Positions 29,023 through 39,452 of a DNA stretch of 64,000 nucleotides are shown here, piece by piece (the stretch's first letter is position 1; the number at the start of each line of letters is the position of its first letter). A program made the position numbers and the translations under genes. The stretch lies in the IMG/VR virus record IMGVR_UViG_3300013116_000108, positions 1-64,000 of that record. One strand, given 5' to 3'. The notes beneath the pieces are model-generated. The model did no database searches. It was not told where the DNA came from and worked only from the letters and a program-made list of their open reading frames with translations.

Positions 29023-31111
29023 TAGCAACATACACACCATCCCATTCTTTAGGTGGAGGATTTTTCTTAAATTCTTCAATCCTATCTGTGATGATTTCGT
29101 AATAACTATCTAGAGAACCACTAAACTGCCCCTTAAGATTATCAATACAATCTTTACAATGTTTCCAATCTTGTTTACGATAACTTTTTCTCAATTCTAT
29201 ATGTAGTTTAACAAATTGCATTACAGTTGGTAAGTCATGTATTCCAACAACATCAGGATCTAATACTGTGTAAATAGCAACCGGTTCTGTTTTGCCTTTT
29301 ACAGCAATTTGATCTAGTTCTAAAATTGTATGTTTATCAGATAAACTCCTTGCTGTTTCTTCGCCAAATAATATTTTCACACCATATCCTTTCGTTTGTC
29401 CTTCTAACCTAGCGGCTAAATTAACAGCATCACCTAAACAACTGTAATCAAATCTTTGATCTGATCCCATATTTCCAACTACGGCATCACCTGTATTAAG
29501 TCCAATGCCTATGTTAATTGGTAGTTTATTTTCTGCCGTTAACTGAGTATTTAACTCCTCTAATCCCTTTAACATCAATAAACTGGTATCAACTGCCTTG
29601 TCAGCCTGTTCGTCAACATCTAAAGGAGCGTTCCAAAATGCCATAATACAATCGCCCATGTATTTGTCGACCGTACCTTCTTTTTCCATAATAATATTTG
29701 TCATAGGTGTTAAGAACCTGTTAACTAATTCTGTTAAACCTTGTGGATTAGTTTTGAATTGTTCTGATATAGGAGTGAACCCTCTAATATCGCAAAACAG
29801 CAATGTAAGTTTTCTAGTATCTCCACCTAGTTTTAATAAGTCTGGATCTTTTTGTAATTTCTTAACCATGCTCGGTGCTAGGTAATGTTCAAACTGCTTT
29901 TTGATTTGTTGCTTTAATCTAAACTCTTTTACAAATCTATTAAACACAGCATGGAAGCCAACAATTAATAACATTAATGCCGGCATTGTAGGATCTATTA
30001 ACCATAACTTAGATTGGAACAAATATGTCACGCCATATACTATGCCATTTAAACTAGCAATAATAACAACACCACTAAACCAATAAGGAGCAAAGGCTAC
30101 AATAATAACAAGTAACATGCCCATAGCAATAATGCCACCTAGTTCATATAAATCCGCCCACATAGGACGTTCAACAGTTTCGCCTAATATAATTGTGCTT
30201 AGTGTACTGCCTATAATTTCATGTGGATATTTTTCACCTATAGGTGTACCAACTGGATTGCCTAATCCTTCTGCTGTTAATCCTATAATAACTGTTTTAC
30301 CTTCAATACTTTGTAAACTATCTACAGTATAATCTAATGTAGGAATGTCAGCATTCCAACGTAAAAATAATCTACCCCTGTCATCAGTTTTAATAATTCC
30401 TCTGTTAACAGGAAAACCTTTTACTCTAACACTATCTATTCCATAAGGCGTAGTTTTCATTTGATAACTGTCTACGCCCATCATTACTCTTAGTGTTTCT
30501 ACTGCTATATTAGGATATAAATCTCCTTGTACATTTATAAGCAAAGGAACACGTCTTACAACGCCATCTACCTCTGGTGCTGTAGTTATTACACCTACAC
30601 CATCAACAACGTCTGCTAGTTCTTTTAGAGGCCCTAGCATACCTGAATATGTAAACAAGTTATTAGCCGCATCTTTGTTACCGCCAACCATACTAACACC
30701 ACGTGGTATACCTGTTGTGCTTTTTTGTATGCTACCTGTTTGTGCTATAACTACACCATTCTGGTATAGTGTTTCCATAAATTCCTGATCTTTGAGAAAT
30801 CTATCTGCTTCACTAAACAGTACAGGTAATACAATAACGCCTGCTCCGTTTTCGCGAAGTTCCCAAATAAGATTGGAAATTAAATCTCTTGGCCAAGGCC
30901 ATTGGCCATTTGTTTCGATACTTGCTTCCCCCAATGTTACATAAACAAGATTATTATCTACATAAGGTTCTTCTTTTTGTAATTGATAATCAAAACTTTT
31001 TAATTTTGCTGTTTGTACTACCCAAGGATTTAAGAATACTATATAAGCAATAGCAAATACAGTTAAAAAAGGTATACTCCAATGTGTTAGAATTCTACTT
31101 AACTTCGACAT
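29012..31111 (-). CDS. CHASE2-domain class III adenylate cyclase
   Basis: N-terminal TM, CHASE2 (GQWPWPR, DGVVRRVPLL), 3 TM helices, FCDIRGFT, DKYMGD (ATP-specifying Lys), FDYSCLGDAVNLAARLE. Confidence 0.92.
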   Translation of the reverse strand: MSKLSRILTHWSIPFLTVFAIAYIVFLNPWVVQTAKLKSFDYQLQKEEPYVDNNLVYVTLGEASIETNGQWPWPRDLISNLIWELRENGAGVIVLPVLFSEADRFLKDQEFMETLYQNGVVIAQTGSIQKSTTGIPRGVSMVGGNKDAANNLFTYSGMLGPLKELADVVDGVGVITTAPEVDGVVRRVPLLINVQGDLYPNIAVETLRVMMGVDSYQMKTTPYGIDSVRVKGFPVNRGIIKTDDRGRLFLRWNADIPTLDYTVDSLQSIEGKTVIIGLTAEGLGNPVGTPIGEKYPHEIIGSTLSTIILGETVERPMWADLYELGGIIAMGMLLVIIVAFAPYWFSGVVIIASLNGIVYGVTYLFQSKLWLIDPTMPALMLLIVGFHAVFNRFVKEFRLKQQIKKQFEHYLAPSMVKKLQKDPDLLKLGGDTRKLTLLFCDIRGFTPISEQFKTNPQGLTELVNRFLTPMTNIIMEKEGTVDKYMGDCIMAFWNAPLDVDEQADKAVDTSLLMLKGLEELNTQLTAENKLPINIGIGLNTGDAVVGNMGSDQRFDYSCLGDAVNLAARLEGQTKGYGVKILFGEETARSLSDKHTILELDQIAVKGKTEPVAIYTVLDPDVVGIHDLPTVMQFVKLHIELRKSYRKQDWKHCKDCIDNLKGQFSGSLDSYYEIITDRIEEFKKNPPPKEWDGVYVATTK

Positions 31112-31307
31112 CTGGTTTCCATTGTAATTTTTCTCTTGTTTCTAATTGAGATTTAAATTTATCTGTAACATTTGGGTTATCACAGGCAGATACAAACATC
31201 TTAATTGCTACATATCCATCACCTTTAAATTTAAGCACATTATTTTCGTAGAAAGTTGCTTTGCTTTCCTGTAAATCTAAAGAATATTTTTTATATCTAT
31301 ATATCAC
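31095..31307 (-). CDS. Hypothetical protein
   Basis: Preceded by TAAATA motif. Confidence 0.55.
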   Translation of the reverse strand: MIYRYKKYSLDLQESKATFYENNVLKFKGDGYVAIKMFVSACDNPNVTDKFKSQLETREKLQWKPDVEVK

Positions 31308-31318
31308 GTTAGTATTTA

Positions 31319-32767
31319 CTAATTTTGTGTCACACTAGTTGAGCATCCGGAACTGTTTGTACAATCTTGTGTAAGTGTATAATTTTGGTTTGTACTGCTG
31401 TTTTGGTCTAATGTTACAGTACTTGCTCCTCCCGAATTTGTTACACTTATCCTAGCACCGTGATCGCCTGAGCCTTGCTGTGTTGTTGTAATAGTATGGC
31501 TATTACCGTTAACATCAATATCTAAATAATGGTTTCCTGTATTTTTTTGGTCTAATGTTAATGTATTACTTGAGCCGTCTAGGTCAATAAACAGAACTTT
31601 ATCGGAGTTATTTCGTTGATGTGCTGTAATTGTATTAGAACTTCCTAACACGTCTATATCTCCGTAATGCCCTGAATCAGTGGCACCATCATTATACTGA
31701 TAAAGTGTTACTGAATTTGTATCACCATCAACTTTTAATTTTGCTCTATGTCCGCCGGTGTCACTACTGCCCATTGTGCCTTGCCTAATCATTACTGTAT
31801 TAGTATTACCATCTACATCTATTCCTATACCATTATTACTTGACGATCCTAAACTGTCGGATCCTTGTTCTAATGTTATGTTTAAATTATCTCCAGTAAG
31901 TGTTCCTCTGCTAGACCAATCTGTTCCTTCGATAAAATTATTGTCGCCTGATTGTACAATATCTAAATCTAAATTTGCTCCACTTTGTGTAATTCTAACA
32001 CTATTTCCTGTAATTGTTCTACTCTGTGCTGTAGTTACAGATGTACTTTGAGAACTTGTAATAGTAACTGTTGATGTTTGACTAAGTATTCCTTCTTCTT
32101 CAAGAGTTTCTTCTACAAAAGTAAACACTCTGGTTTCATTAGTGCCTGTCATGTTGAATTGATCTTGGTCAAATGTAATAATAAGTTTACCACCATTTGA
32201 TCCATAATCATACACCGCCCAAGTTTCCCAGATGCTATTGTTCAATGCCAAGGCTGTGCCTCCACTGTCCATATCAAACACAAGGTCAACACCCCATTGG
32301 TTGCTACTGCCTGTTAGTGAGTATTGTGAGCCTGAGGCATAAGATACATATCCTGAACTACTAGATGTGCCATATATTGTTATTGTACCAACACTTAATT
32401 TTGATTCAACTAACTGCTCGATATTGCCGTTCCTGTTAGTTGCGCCACCATCACCTGCAATGATCACAGTACCACCATTACCGATATAAGTTTCGTATGC
32501 TGTTTTACAAGTACTGCCACAATTTGAGCTACCTGCGATATTGATGTGTAAATCTTTGCCTGTGAAATCACTGAGACTGATTGATCCACTGTTGGTTCCT
32601 GTGACTGTAAACCCCATGTCTTCCAAATGGCCTTTGATGTTGGTGTAGTGATTTGATGTGGCACTGGTATAATTGATATGTGCCGTTTCTGCCCAAACAG
32701 ATTGTGGAATAAAAACTAAAGCAAAAAATAATAAACTAATTACCTTGCTGAACGATTGTAACATCAT
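31319..32767 (-). CDS. Secreted protein with N-terminal globular domain and C-terminal curlin (CsgA/CsgB-like) repeats
   Basis: Signal peptide; repeats of Q.G..N...I...G..N...I.Q. Confidence 0.75.
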   Translation of the reverse strand: MMLQSFSKVISLLFFALVFIPQSVWAETAHINYTSATSNHYTNIKGHLEDMGFTVTGTNSGSISLSDFTGKDLHINIAGSSNCGSTCKTAYETYIGNGGTVIIAGDGGATNRNGNIEQLVESKLSVGTITIYGTSSSSGYVSYASGSQYSLTGSSNQWGVDLVFDMDSGGTALALNNSIWETWAVYDYGSNGGKLIITFDQDQFNMTGTNETRVFTFVEETLEEEGILSQTSTVTITSSQSTSVTTAQSRTITGNSVRITQSGANLDLDIVQSGDNNFIEGTDWSSRGTLTGDNLNITLEQGSDSLGSSSNNGIGIDVDGNTNTVMIRQGTMGSSDTGGHRAKLKVDGDTNSVTLYQYNDGATDSGHYGDIDVLGSSNTITAHQRNNSDKVLFIDLDGSSNTLTLDQKNTGNHYLDIDVNGNSHTITTTQQGSGDHGARISVTNSGGASTVTLDQNSSTNQNYTLTQDCTNSSGCSTSVTQN

Positions 32768-33836
32768 TACCTCCTTGGCCACCTAGTTCATAATTGTATA
32801 TTTCTATATCTCCTTGCTTAACATTTATATTATAGTTGCTATCTCGATTAAGTTCTAAGTCAATAGTGTTATTGCCATCTACTCTCCTACTCCAATTCCA
32901 ACTATCTGCTCTAACAATTAACACAATTCCTCTGTCGTCTACTCCTGATTTTTTCTCTTTCTTCTTGCCACTTAAAGCATCCATACTCAATAGTGCTATT
33001 AATTCTTTGTTAACTTGTTCTAAGATATCTGGTAATAGGTCAAAGTCTAAAAAATTAATATCTAGTTCGTTAAATTCTTCTTCTGTTGCCAATAAGTCAA
33101 CATCTAACTCTTTAAACTCTAAAAAGTCTATATCTAGTATGTTTATGATTTTTACTCGACCTGTCTCGTCTTCATCATCTACTAATTTTTTCTTTCTTAT
33201 TAGTAGCATATTGTTAATTAAATTTTCATCTAATTCTAATTGTACAACTGGAGCCGGTGGACGTTCACGTGAGCTAGTATAAGTTGCCTGAAATGCCTGG
33301 TTGAGAATAACAATACCAACATCGGTCTCAACCTCAATTTCGCCAACGTAACAATATCCTGAAATATCGCAAGAGGGAAGTAATATGATAGTACTGCCCC
33401 CGAGTTCATCCACCGACATAGTAAAGTCAGTACCCCTGACTCCGATTGTTGATGTTGGTGTTTCTATTTTTACGTTTTGCCTAAAGTTTTTTGCCAGTTT
33501 GCCTGAAGCGTATCTTATTGTGCCTAATTTTGCCTGTAAATTCAAAGAGCCTTCATTATTACTTGGATCATATACATAATCATCAATAGTAAGAAGTGAC
33601 TGAGGAGTCATATCTACAATCGTCTCGTCTATGAATGTAAGTCTATGTGCTCCTTGAAATGTTTCAATACGGTCCATCATTTGTAATGGAGTATTTTCTT
33701 GTGTTTCTAGTTTCTCTCCAGATTCTCTTTTTAAAGTACCTGAAGATTCTGCGGCTGTTACTATTCCAATTGAATGATCTTCAGCGTTTACCAGCGTCGG
33801 TAAAACGATCAACAATGTTAATAACAGCCTCAGCAT
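32736..33836 (-). CDS. FecR-domain periplasmic protein
   Basis: Signal peptide; D.I.T, LTFIDET.V.M, G.IRYASG, TPTSTIGVRGTDF. Confidence 0.85.
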   Translation of the reverse strand: MLRLLLTLLIVLPTLVNAEDHSIGIVTAAESSGTLKRESGEKLETQENTPLQMMDRIETFQGAHRLTFIDETIVDMTPQSLLTIDDYVYDPSNNEGSLNLQAKLGTIRYASGKLAKNFRQNVKIETPTSTIGVRGTDFTMSVDELGGSTIILLPSCDISGYCYVGEIEVETDVGIVILNQAFQATYTSSRERPPAPVVQLELDENLINNMLLIRKKKLVDDEDETGRVKIINILDIDFLEFKELDVDLLATEEEFNELDINFLDFDLLPDILEQVNKELIALLSMDALSGKKKEKKSGVDDRGIVLIVRADSWNWSRRVDGNNTIDLELNRDSNYNINVKQGDIEIYNYELGGQGGNDVTIVQQGN

Positions 33837-33843
33837 ATTTCAT

Positions 33844-34536
33844 TTAGTCACTCACTGTAATGTCTACGTCATGACTAGCACCTGATGTAATTGTGCTTAC
33901 ATTAGCATCATTTGTACCACTTACGACAACATCGAAGTTACCCGACGATCCTGTATGTTGCATAGTTACACTATGACCAGCACTATCTCCGTCACCGTCT
34001 ACATCTACGTTAAATGTATTAGTAGATCCTGTTACAGTTAAAGATACTGGAGCACTAGCACCATCAATATCAATATTTGCTGTGTTAGTATCACCTGTAA
34101 TCTGTAAAGTAACATCAGAGTCAGCAGAGTTTCTAATTGTTCCTACATCAATGTCAATGTTGTTACTATCACCTGTTGATCCTGAATCGGTTACGTCAAT
34201 ATCTACATTCCAGTTATCACAGTTATAGTTTCCTGTAGCGTCACAATTTAACACAATGTCGTTTGAGTTACCAGTTACGTCAATATCAACGTTAGCACTA
34301 GCACCTTCTACGTCTGCGTCTAAAATGTTACTATTACCTGTTTGAGTTACACTAAATGCCATACTTGAGCCTATTAACGAAATTCTGTCACTACTAGTAC
34401 CAGCAACGTTATTTGTACCATCTTGGACAATATCTAAGTTTAAGTTATCACCACTTTGTGTAATATAGATATCGTTTGCTTTGGCTCCAGTTAACCCTAA
34501 TGCAACTAAAAATGATATTAATATTATTTTTTTCAT
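33844..34536 (-). CDS. Curlin-like secreted protein
   Basis: Signal peptide; NDIYITQSGDNLNLDIVQDG..N and successive ...G..N repeats. Confidence 0.75.
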   Translation of the reverse strand: MKKIILISFLVALGLTGAKANDIYITQSGDNLNLDIVQDGTNNVAGTSSDRISLIGSSMAFSVTQTGNSNILDADVEGASANVDIDVTGNSNDIVLNCDATGNYNCDNWNVDIDVTDSGSTGDSNNIDIDVGTIRNSADSDVTLQITGDTNTANIDIDGASAPVSLTVTGSTNTFNVDVDGDGDSAGHSVTMQHTGSSGNFDVVVSGTNDANVSTITSGASHDVDITVSD

Positions 34537-35519
34537 AATTTATTTTCCTCAAGGTTGAAGTACGAAGAATGTAAATCGTTACCGTCTTTGATATTATTAG
34601 TTTTATCTTCTTGGTTTTGTTTTTCAACTGCTTCGTCAACTTCTGCCCAAGCCTTTTCTTCTTCGGCTCTGGCATCTGCTTCTTGATCCGATATTGTTTC
34701 TTGTACTTCATTCTGTAAATCTAACCCGTCGTTAGATTTAAACGCCCAAAGTTTTTTTTGATTACCACGTTCAATTAAGTCGCATACTGCTAATTCTATG
34801 GCTAGTCTTACAGCCACGTTTACAGGTTCATTGAGTGCTACTCCTACTTCTCCTTCTACAGGTAATGTACCAGCATCAAACCATCTAAATATATCACCTT
34901 GTGTTTTAGCACCAATGATTGTTTTTGTGGTTGTTGATGTTAGTAATATTTCTCCCGATGAAACTGAAACTAGTCTTATGCTAATTGTTACAGAATCTCT
35001 TGTATATTGAGAATTTGCTCCAATGCCTAATATCCTTGCTCCATTTCCACCACTTTCGAGATTGCTATCGTATCCTACTATTGCGCCTTCAATTATCACT
35101 CCAGCAAATAACAATGGTCTTAATTTTTCTTTGTCTTCGTTTAGTTCCCTGGTTTGCCTAATAATTTGTCGTTCTTTTATAAGGTGATCAATTCCTGCTC
35201 TTTCAACTACTTGAAACCAAGTGCCATTTCCTACTTCCTTTAGTGTTTCTATCAAATAAGCATCGGCTCCTTGGGTTACTGCCGAACTTAAATGTGCTAT
35301 ATTCAATCCAGGTTTTCTTTGACCTGTTTTGTCGGAAAACTGATAAACAGCAACCGTCATTGCGGGTCCATCTAACTCTGGATGATTTTTGACATCTTGA
35401 CTAGCATGTTGTACACCGGCTATATTATACTTGTCAGTATAAAGTTTATTATTCTTAGTCGTTGTAGTACATCCTGTTAAGAAGATTACTAAAATTATAA
35501 TTGATAAAATCTGTTTCAT
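34533..35519 (-). CDS. csgG: Curli secretion channel lipoprotein
   Basis: Lipobox LTGC; VAVYQFSDKTGQRK, SAVTQGA, WFQVVER, KERQIIR, EGAIVGYDSN, NEP. Confidence 0.93.
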   Translation of the reverse strand: MKQILSIIILVIFLTGCTTTTKNNKLYTDKYNIAGVQHASQDVKNHPELDGPAMTVAVYQFSDKTGQRKPGLNIAHLSSAVTQGADAYLIETLKEVGNGTWFQVVERAGIDHLIKERQIIRQTRELNEDKEKLRPLLFAGVIIEGAIVGYDSNLESGGNGARILGIGANSQYTRDSVTISIRLVSVSSGEILLTSTTTKTIIGAKTQGDIFRWFDAGTLPVEGEVGVALNEPVNVAVRLAIELAVCDLIERGNQKKLWAFKSNDGLDLQNEVQETISDQEADARAEEEKAWAEVDEAVEKQNQEDKTNNIKDGNDLHSSYFNLEENKL

Positions 35520-35968
35520 TAGAAAGCAAAGTCTCCTACTGGTACTGACATTGTAGTAACTGTTCCATCGGCTTCTGTAATTCTGATATTAATATTACCG
35601 TTTACTTTTTCCCAGTATACTATGTTGCCTTCTATTTCTGCTGTGCCTGAAGTGGCACTACCTTCTCCAAACATATTATCAACTAACTGCTTGGATAATT
35701 GAGCATATATACGACTTTCAACGTTAACTAAGAATTTTTTAACCGTGTTTTGCGATGATTTTCGTTCTTGCTCTTTTCTTTCTGATTCTTCTTTTTCTTT
35801 TATTTCTTTTTCACGAGAAAAGCGAAGTTGCTCTACAGATAACACATGATTACTGTAGCCATTTCCTGAATGAAAACTAGGATTTTTAAACCCAAACGTT
35901 AAGTCTTGTGCTGTCGCACCAACAGAAATTAAACTACAAATAAATGCTATTGTTATAAGTTGTTTCAT
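35519..35968 (-). CDS. csgF: Curli assembly component
   Basis: Signal peptide; QDLTFGFKNPSF..GNG; ESRIYAQLSKQLV. Confidence 0.85.
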   Translation of the reverse strand: MKQLITIAFICSLISVGATAQDLTFGFKNPSFHSGNGYSNHVLSVEQLRFSREKEIKEKEESERKEQERKSSQNTVKKFLVNVESRIYAQLSKQLVDNMFGEGSATSGTAEIEGNIVYWEKVNGNINIRITEADGTVTTMSVPVGDFAF

Positions 35969-35989
35969 TATTAACCCTTCCCATGGTAT

Positions 35990-36232
35990 TTACTCTGATT
36001 CTTTTTGGGTTAATAGTTGCTTATATTCTTCAGATGATACACAAGCGAAATCATATAGCACAAGTTCTGTGTTGTATGCTTCGTTGACGTGATTGTTTAC
36101 AATCGGATAATTTTCCTGAGCAAAACTAATACAAGCCGTTTCATTTTTAAATGAAAGGCTGTCAAACTTGTAGACTTCATAGTCAGTGCCTTCTTGACTG
36201 ACTATTGCCATCAAAATCCAAAATAATTTCAT
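35990..36232 (-). CDS. Small hypothetical protein
   Basis: Late-type motif upstream; two Cys. Confidence 0.55.
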   Translation of the reverse strand: MKLFWILMAIVSQEGTDYEVYKFDSLSFKNETACISFAQENYPIVNNHVNEAYNTELVLYDFACVSSEEYKQLLTQKESE

Positions 36233-36259
36233 ATATCTTCCCTAAAGACTCCTCAACAA

Positions 36260-36266
36260 TATTTAT
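36260..36266 (-). promoter_or_regulatory. T4-late-type promoter motif heading the curli block
   Basis: ATAAATA on minus strand, then GGAG and AGGGAAG. Confidence 0.55.
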
Positions 36267-36271
36267 CAAAT

Positions 36272-36964
36272 CTACTTATCAATTTCCGGTTGTTTTAGGA
36301 GAGGATCTACTAGGTTAAGTTGTTTGAATGCCCATTGCCTTTCATGGCACCACATACAGTCGTAACAATGCCCTTCTTTTGTTGCTGTACAACTATGTGT
36401 TACTTCTATTAATTCTTCAGCATCAAATCTATAAAATAAGTCTACAATATGATATTTGTATAAGTGTAAAAACGGTGTTTTAAGTCCAGGAACATCAATA
36501 TTCCATGGTCTTTGCCCATTGGCCATACCCCTAGATTGTAAAGTGTTAAATTCTTCAGGTATGCCAAAATCAAAGCCTAAAGGAACTTGGTGATTTACAC
36601 CGTCGTACACTAACTTAAATTTCTTTGATCTTACTAAATCACCTGTGGGTTTAGTACTATCAATAGAGTTAGCATTTCCTAATATCTCAGGTGACGGTAT
36701 TCCTGAATCTAGCATAGTTGATATTTTTTTATGTACGTTTAAAGAATGATGAAGAGAATTGTCTACTTCTCTTGGTACACAAAAAGTTTTAATCGTTTTA
36801 GTTGGATTTAATACTTTTAAAGCATAAAACAAAATAGCACTATCCATGCCACCTGAAACCATTACTGCTACTTCATTTACGTCATCGGGTATTTTTAAAT
36901 CAATTAAACGTTTATCCCAATGTGGGCCTACTACAAAATTATCAGGGTATGGATATCTTCTCAT
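36272..36964 (-). CDS. QueC-like PP-loop ATPase (7-cyano-7-deazaguanine synthase family)
   Basis: SGGMDS PP-loop, TPF..LYK..IV, THSC...GHCYDCMWCHER zinc motif. Confidence 0.7.
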   Translation of the reverse strand: MRRYPYPDNFVVGPHWDKRLIDLKIPDDVNEVAVMVSGGMDSAILFYALKVLNPTKTIKTFCVPREVDNSLHHSLNVHKKISTMLDSGIPSPEILGNANSIDSTKPTGDLVRSKKFKLVYDGVNHQVPLGFDFGIPEEFNTLQSRGMANGQRPWNIDVPGLKTPFLHLYKYHIVDLFYRFDAEELIEVTHSCTATKEGHCYDCMWCHERQWAFKQLNLVDPLLKQPEIDK

Positions 36965-36966
36965 GT

Positions 36967-37869
36967 TTATTCTTCAAACAAATCGTCAAAGTTATTTAGA
37001 GGTTCTATTTCCTCACTAGGATCATAATTCATAATTAATAATTCTGTTCTTTCTGGTCTTATGCCAGCCGCATCAGAGCCGTCTTTTCTTACAGCACCTT
37101 CTTCTTTAACTAATCCGTTGTTTGTAATTGTTGTTTCTTCGTGCCAATAATACTGATCACGAGGTAGCATCTTTTCAAGTTCATCAAAATGATAATAACT
37201 TAATGCCCATTTACCTTTTGTTTGTTTAAGTAAATCTAGCAACTCTAAATGATCACCTTTACCAAACTCATCTTCTGTGTAATAACTTTCAAGTTTAAAA
37301 TAAGGAGGATCAACATAAAAGAAAGTATCTTTATGATCATACTTTCTAATTAAATCTCTACAATCTATATTTTCAACTGTTAAATGATTTAGTTTGTCTA
37401 AGTATCTTACTTGCTGAAACTTTTCTGTAAATGTTTTAAACTTTGCTTTATAATTTTTATTATAATACATTTTAGACTTTTCTGTTAAGCCATTTCCACC
37501 AGCAAATATCTGTAATTGGCAAAGCATATACTTTGCCGCTAAATCATAATCAGGAATAGGAAACTGTTGACTGTAAATAGAAAATACTTCATCTCTGTAT
37601 TTTGTAAAAGTATCGCCATCATGTAAATCATTATAATAACTTTTACAAGTTTGTTCCATTTTTTGAGGATCTGTACTGCTACATAAAAATACGTTTGCTA
37701 GGTGTCTGTTAAAATCATTATAAACATTTTTATCTACTGGAAATTTGCCACTCATCCAGTAACACCACATAGCACCACCAAACACTTCTACATAAGTTTT
37801 AGACTCACTAGGAAATAAAGGATCAATCCATCTGCTATGATGTTTTTTACCACCTATATACGGAAACAT
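36967..37869 (-). CDS. D12-class N6-adenine DNA methyltransferase
   Basis: YIGGK, YVEVFGGA, VYND, FYVDPPY, ELLIMNY. Confidence 0.9.
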   Translation of the reverse strand: MFPYIGGKKHHSRWIDPLFPSESKTYVEVFGGAMWCYWMSGKFPVDKNVYNDFNRHLANVFLCSSTDPQKMEQTCKSYYNDLHDGDTFTKYRDEVFSIYSQQFPIPDYDLAAKYMLCQLQIFAGGNGLTEKSKMYYNKNYKAKFKTFTEKFQQVRYLDKLNHLTVENIDCRDLIRKYDHKDTFFYVDPPYFKLESYYTEDEFGKGDHLELLDLLKQTKGKWALSYYHFDELEKMLPRDQYYWHEETTITNNGLVKEEGAVRKDGSDAAGIRPERTELLIMNYDPSEEIEPLNNFDDLFEE

Positions 37870-38969
37870 TATTCACCTATCGTTGAACTTTCGTAAACTG
37901 TGTTTAACTGATTATTAACTTGAATAAATGTAGCACACTTTGAAAGACTTTTTAACATATTAGCACCAACGTATGTACAAGCACTTCTAACACCTCCAAG
38001 TATATCTTGAATTGTATGGTCAACATTTCCTCGATAAGGTACAAGTACTGTTCTACCTTCACTTGAGCGATATTTCTTAAGTCCATCAAAGTGTTTATCG
38101 TTGGCTGTTTTACTGCTCATACCATAGAATTGTACAAATGATTTTTCTTCATAAACTTGTTCAAGTCCTTGAACTTCATTTGTAATATATTTTTTAGTGA
38201 TTATCTCGCCACCGCCTTGATCATGTCCTGCTAACATACCACCAAGCATAACGTAATCTGCTCCGCCGGCAAATGCTTTTGCTACATCACCTGGGCAAGT
38301 ACAACCGCCGTCAGCAATAATATGGCCACCGAGCCCGTGTGCCGCATCGGCACATTCGATAACTGCTGATAGTTGAGGATAACCAACGCCAGTCTTAAGC
38401 CTAGTAGTACAAACACTACCAGGGCCAATGCCCACTTTAACAATATCAGCGCCATTTAATATTAACTCCTGTGTCTGATCTGCTGTAACTACGTTACCGG
38501 CAATAATAATTATACCTGGATACTTTTTATGAAACATATGAATAAAATCTAAAAATCTTTCACTATAACCATTTGCTACATCAATACAAACATACTTTAA
38601 CCTGTCGCTAACTGCCTTATAAACATCATCAAATTTATGTCTATCATGATCTAAAATACCAATGCTCATAGCAACAAAGTTTCCCCTGTCGGGTCTTGAT
38701 GTATCATTAAAATAATTTACTAACTCTTCTACTGAATATGTTTTAACTAAACAAGTAAAAATTCTTTGCTCTGCTAATCTGTCAGCCATTTCAAATGTAC
38801 CAACTCCATCCATATTACTTGCCATAATAGGAATGCCTTCCCACTTCTTCTTACTTTTAAATGTAAATTCTCTTGTAAGTTTTACATCTTTTCTTGAACC
38901 TAATACACTACGTTTAGGTCTCAAAAGTACACTAGAATAATCTAGTTTAATATCCGGCTCAATTCTCAT
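37869..38969 (-). CDS. guaC: GMP reductase
   Basis: [59 protein letters not shown]. Confidence 0.95.
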   Translation of the reverse strand: MRIEPDIKLDYSSVLLRPKRSVLGSRKDVKLTREFTFKSKKKWEGIPIMASNMDGVGTFEMADRLAEQRIFTCLVKTYSVEELVNYFNDTSRPDRGNFVAMSIGILDHDRHKFDDVYKAVSDRLKYVCIDVANGYSERFLDFIHMFHKKYPGIIIIAGNVVTADQTQELILNGADIVKVGIGPGSVCTTRLKTGVGYPQLSAVIECADAAHGLGGHIIADGGCTCPGDVAKAFAGGADYVMLGGMLAGHDQGGGEIITKKYITNEVQGLEQVYEEKSFVQFYGMSSKTANDKHFDGLKKYRSSEGRTVLVPYRGNVDHTIQDILGGVRSACTYVGANMLKSLSKCATFIQVNNQLNTVYESSTIGE

Positions 38970-39373
38970 TGTTCACACACCCTTTTTCTCAAATCAGTTG
39001 TACTAAATCTGTGATCTCGTTTGTTGAAATAAATTTGTATATCCCTTGATTTACAAATCTCCTTGCCTGTAAAGTCTTTAGTTCTATATTCTTCACCTAG
39101 TATTCTAATATTAATAGGATACATAGATAAAATATCTTCTAAGTCACGCTCAGTAGCATAAGGTACAATTTCATCAACATACTTTACAGCATCTAATTGA
39201 GAAAACCTTTCTACTAAACTTTGTATTGGTGAATTCTTTTCTGCTCTATCTATACTTGGATCAACTTGTAATCCTACAATCAAATGATCGCAAGTACTTT
39301 TTGCTTCTCTCAGCATTTCAATATGTCCAGCGTGTAATAAGTCAAAAGTTGAACAAGTAAAACCTATTTTCAT
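38966..39373 (-). CDS. Cytidylyltransferase (glycerol-3-phosphate CT-like)
   Basis: [14 protein letters not shown] motif; RDHRFSTT. Confidence 0.9.
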   Translation of the reverse strand: MKIGFTCSTFDLLHAGHIEMLREAKSTCDHLIVGLQVDPSIDRAEKNSPIQSLVERFSQLDAVKYVDEIVPYATERDLEDILSMYPINIRILGEEYRTKDFTGKEICKSRDIQIYFNKRDHRFSTTDLRKRVCEQ

Positions 39374-39452
39374 TTTTTTGGATCCTCTTTATTCATTTTA
39401 TATAACAAACCTACAGGAATTATAAAACAACACAATGTAAAAATTATGGCTG

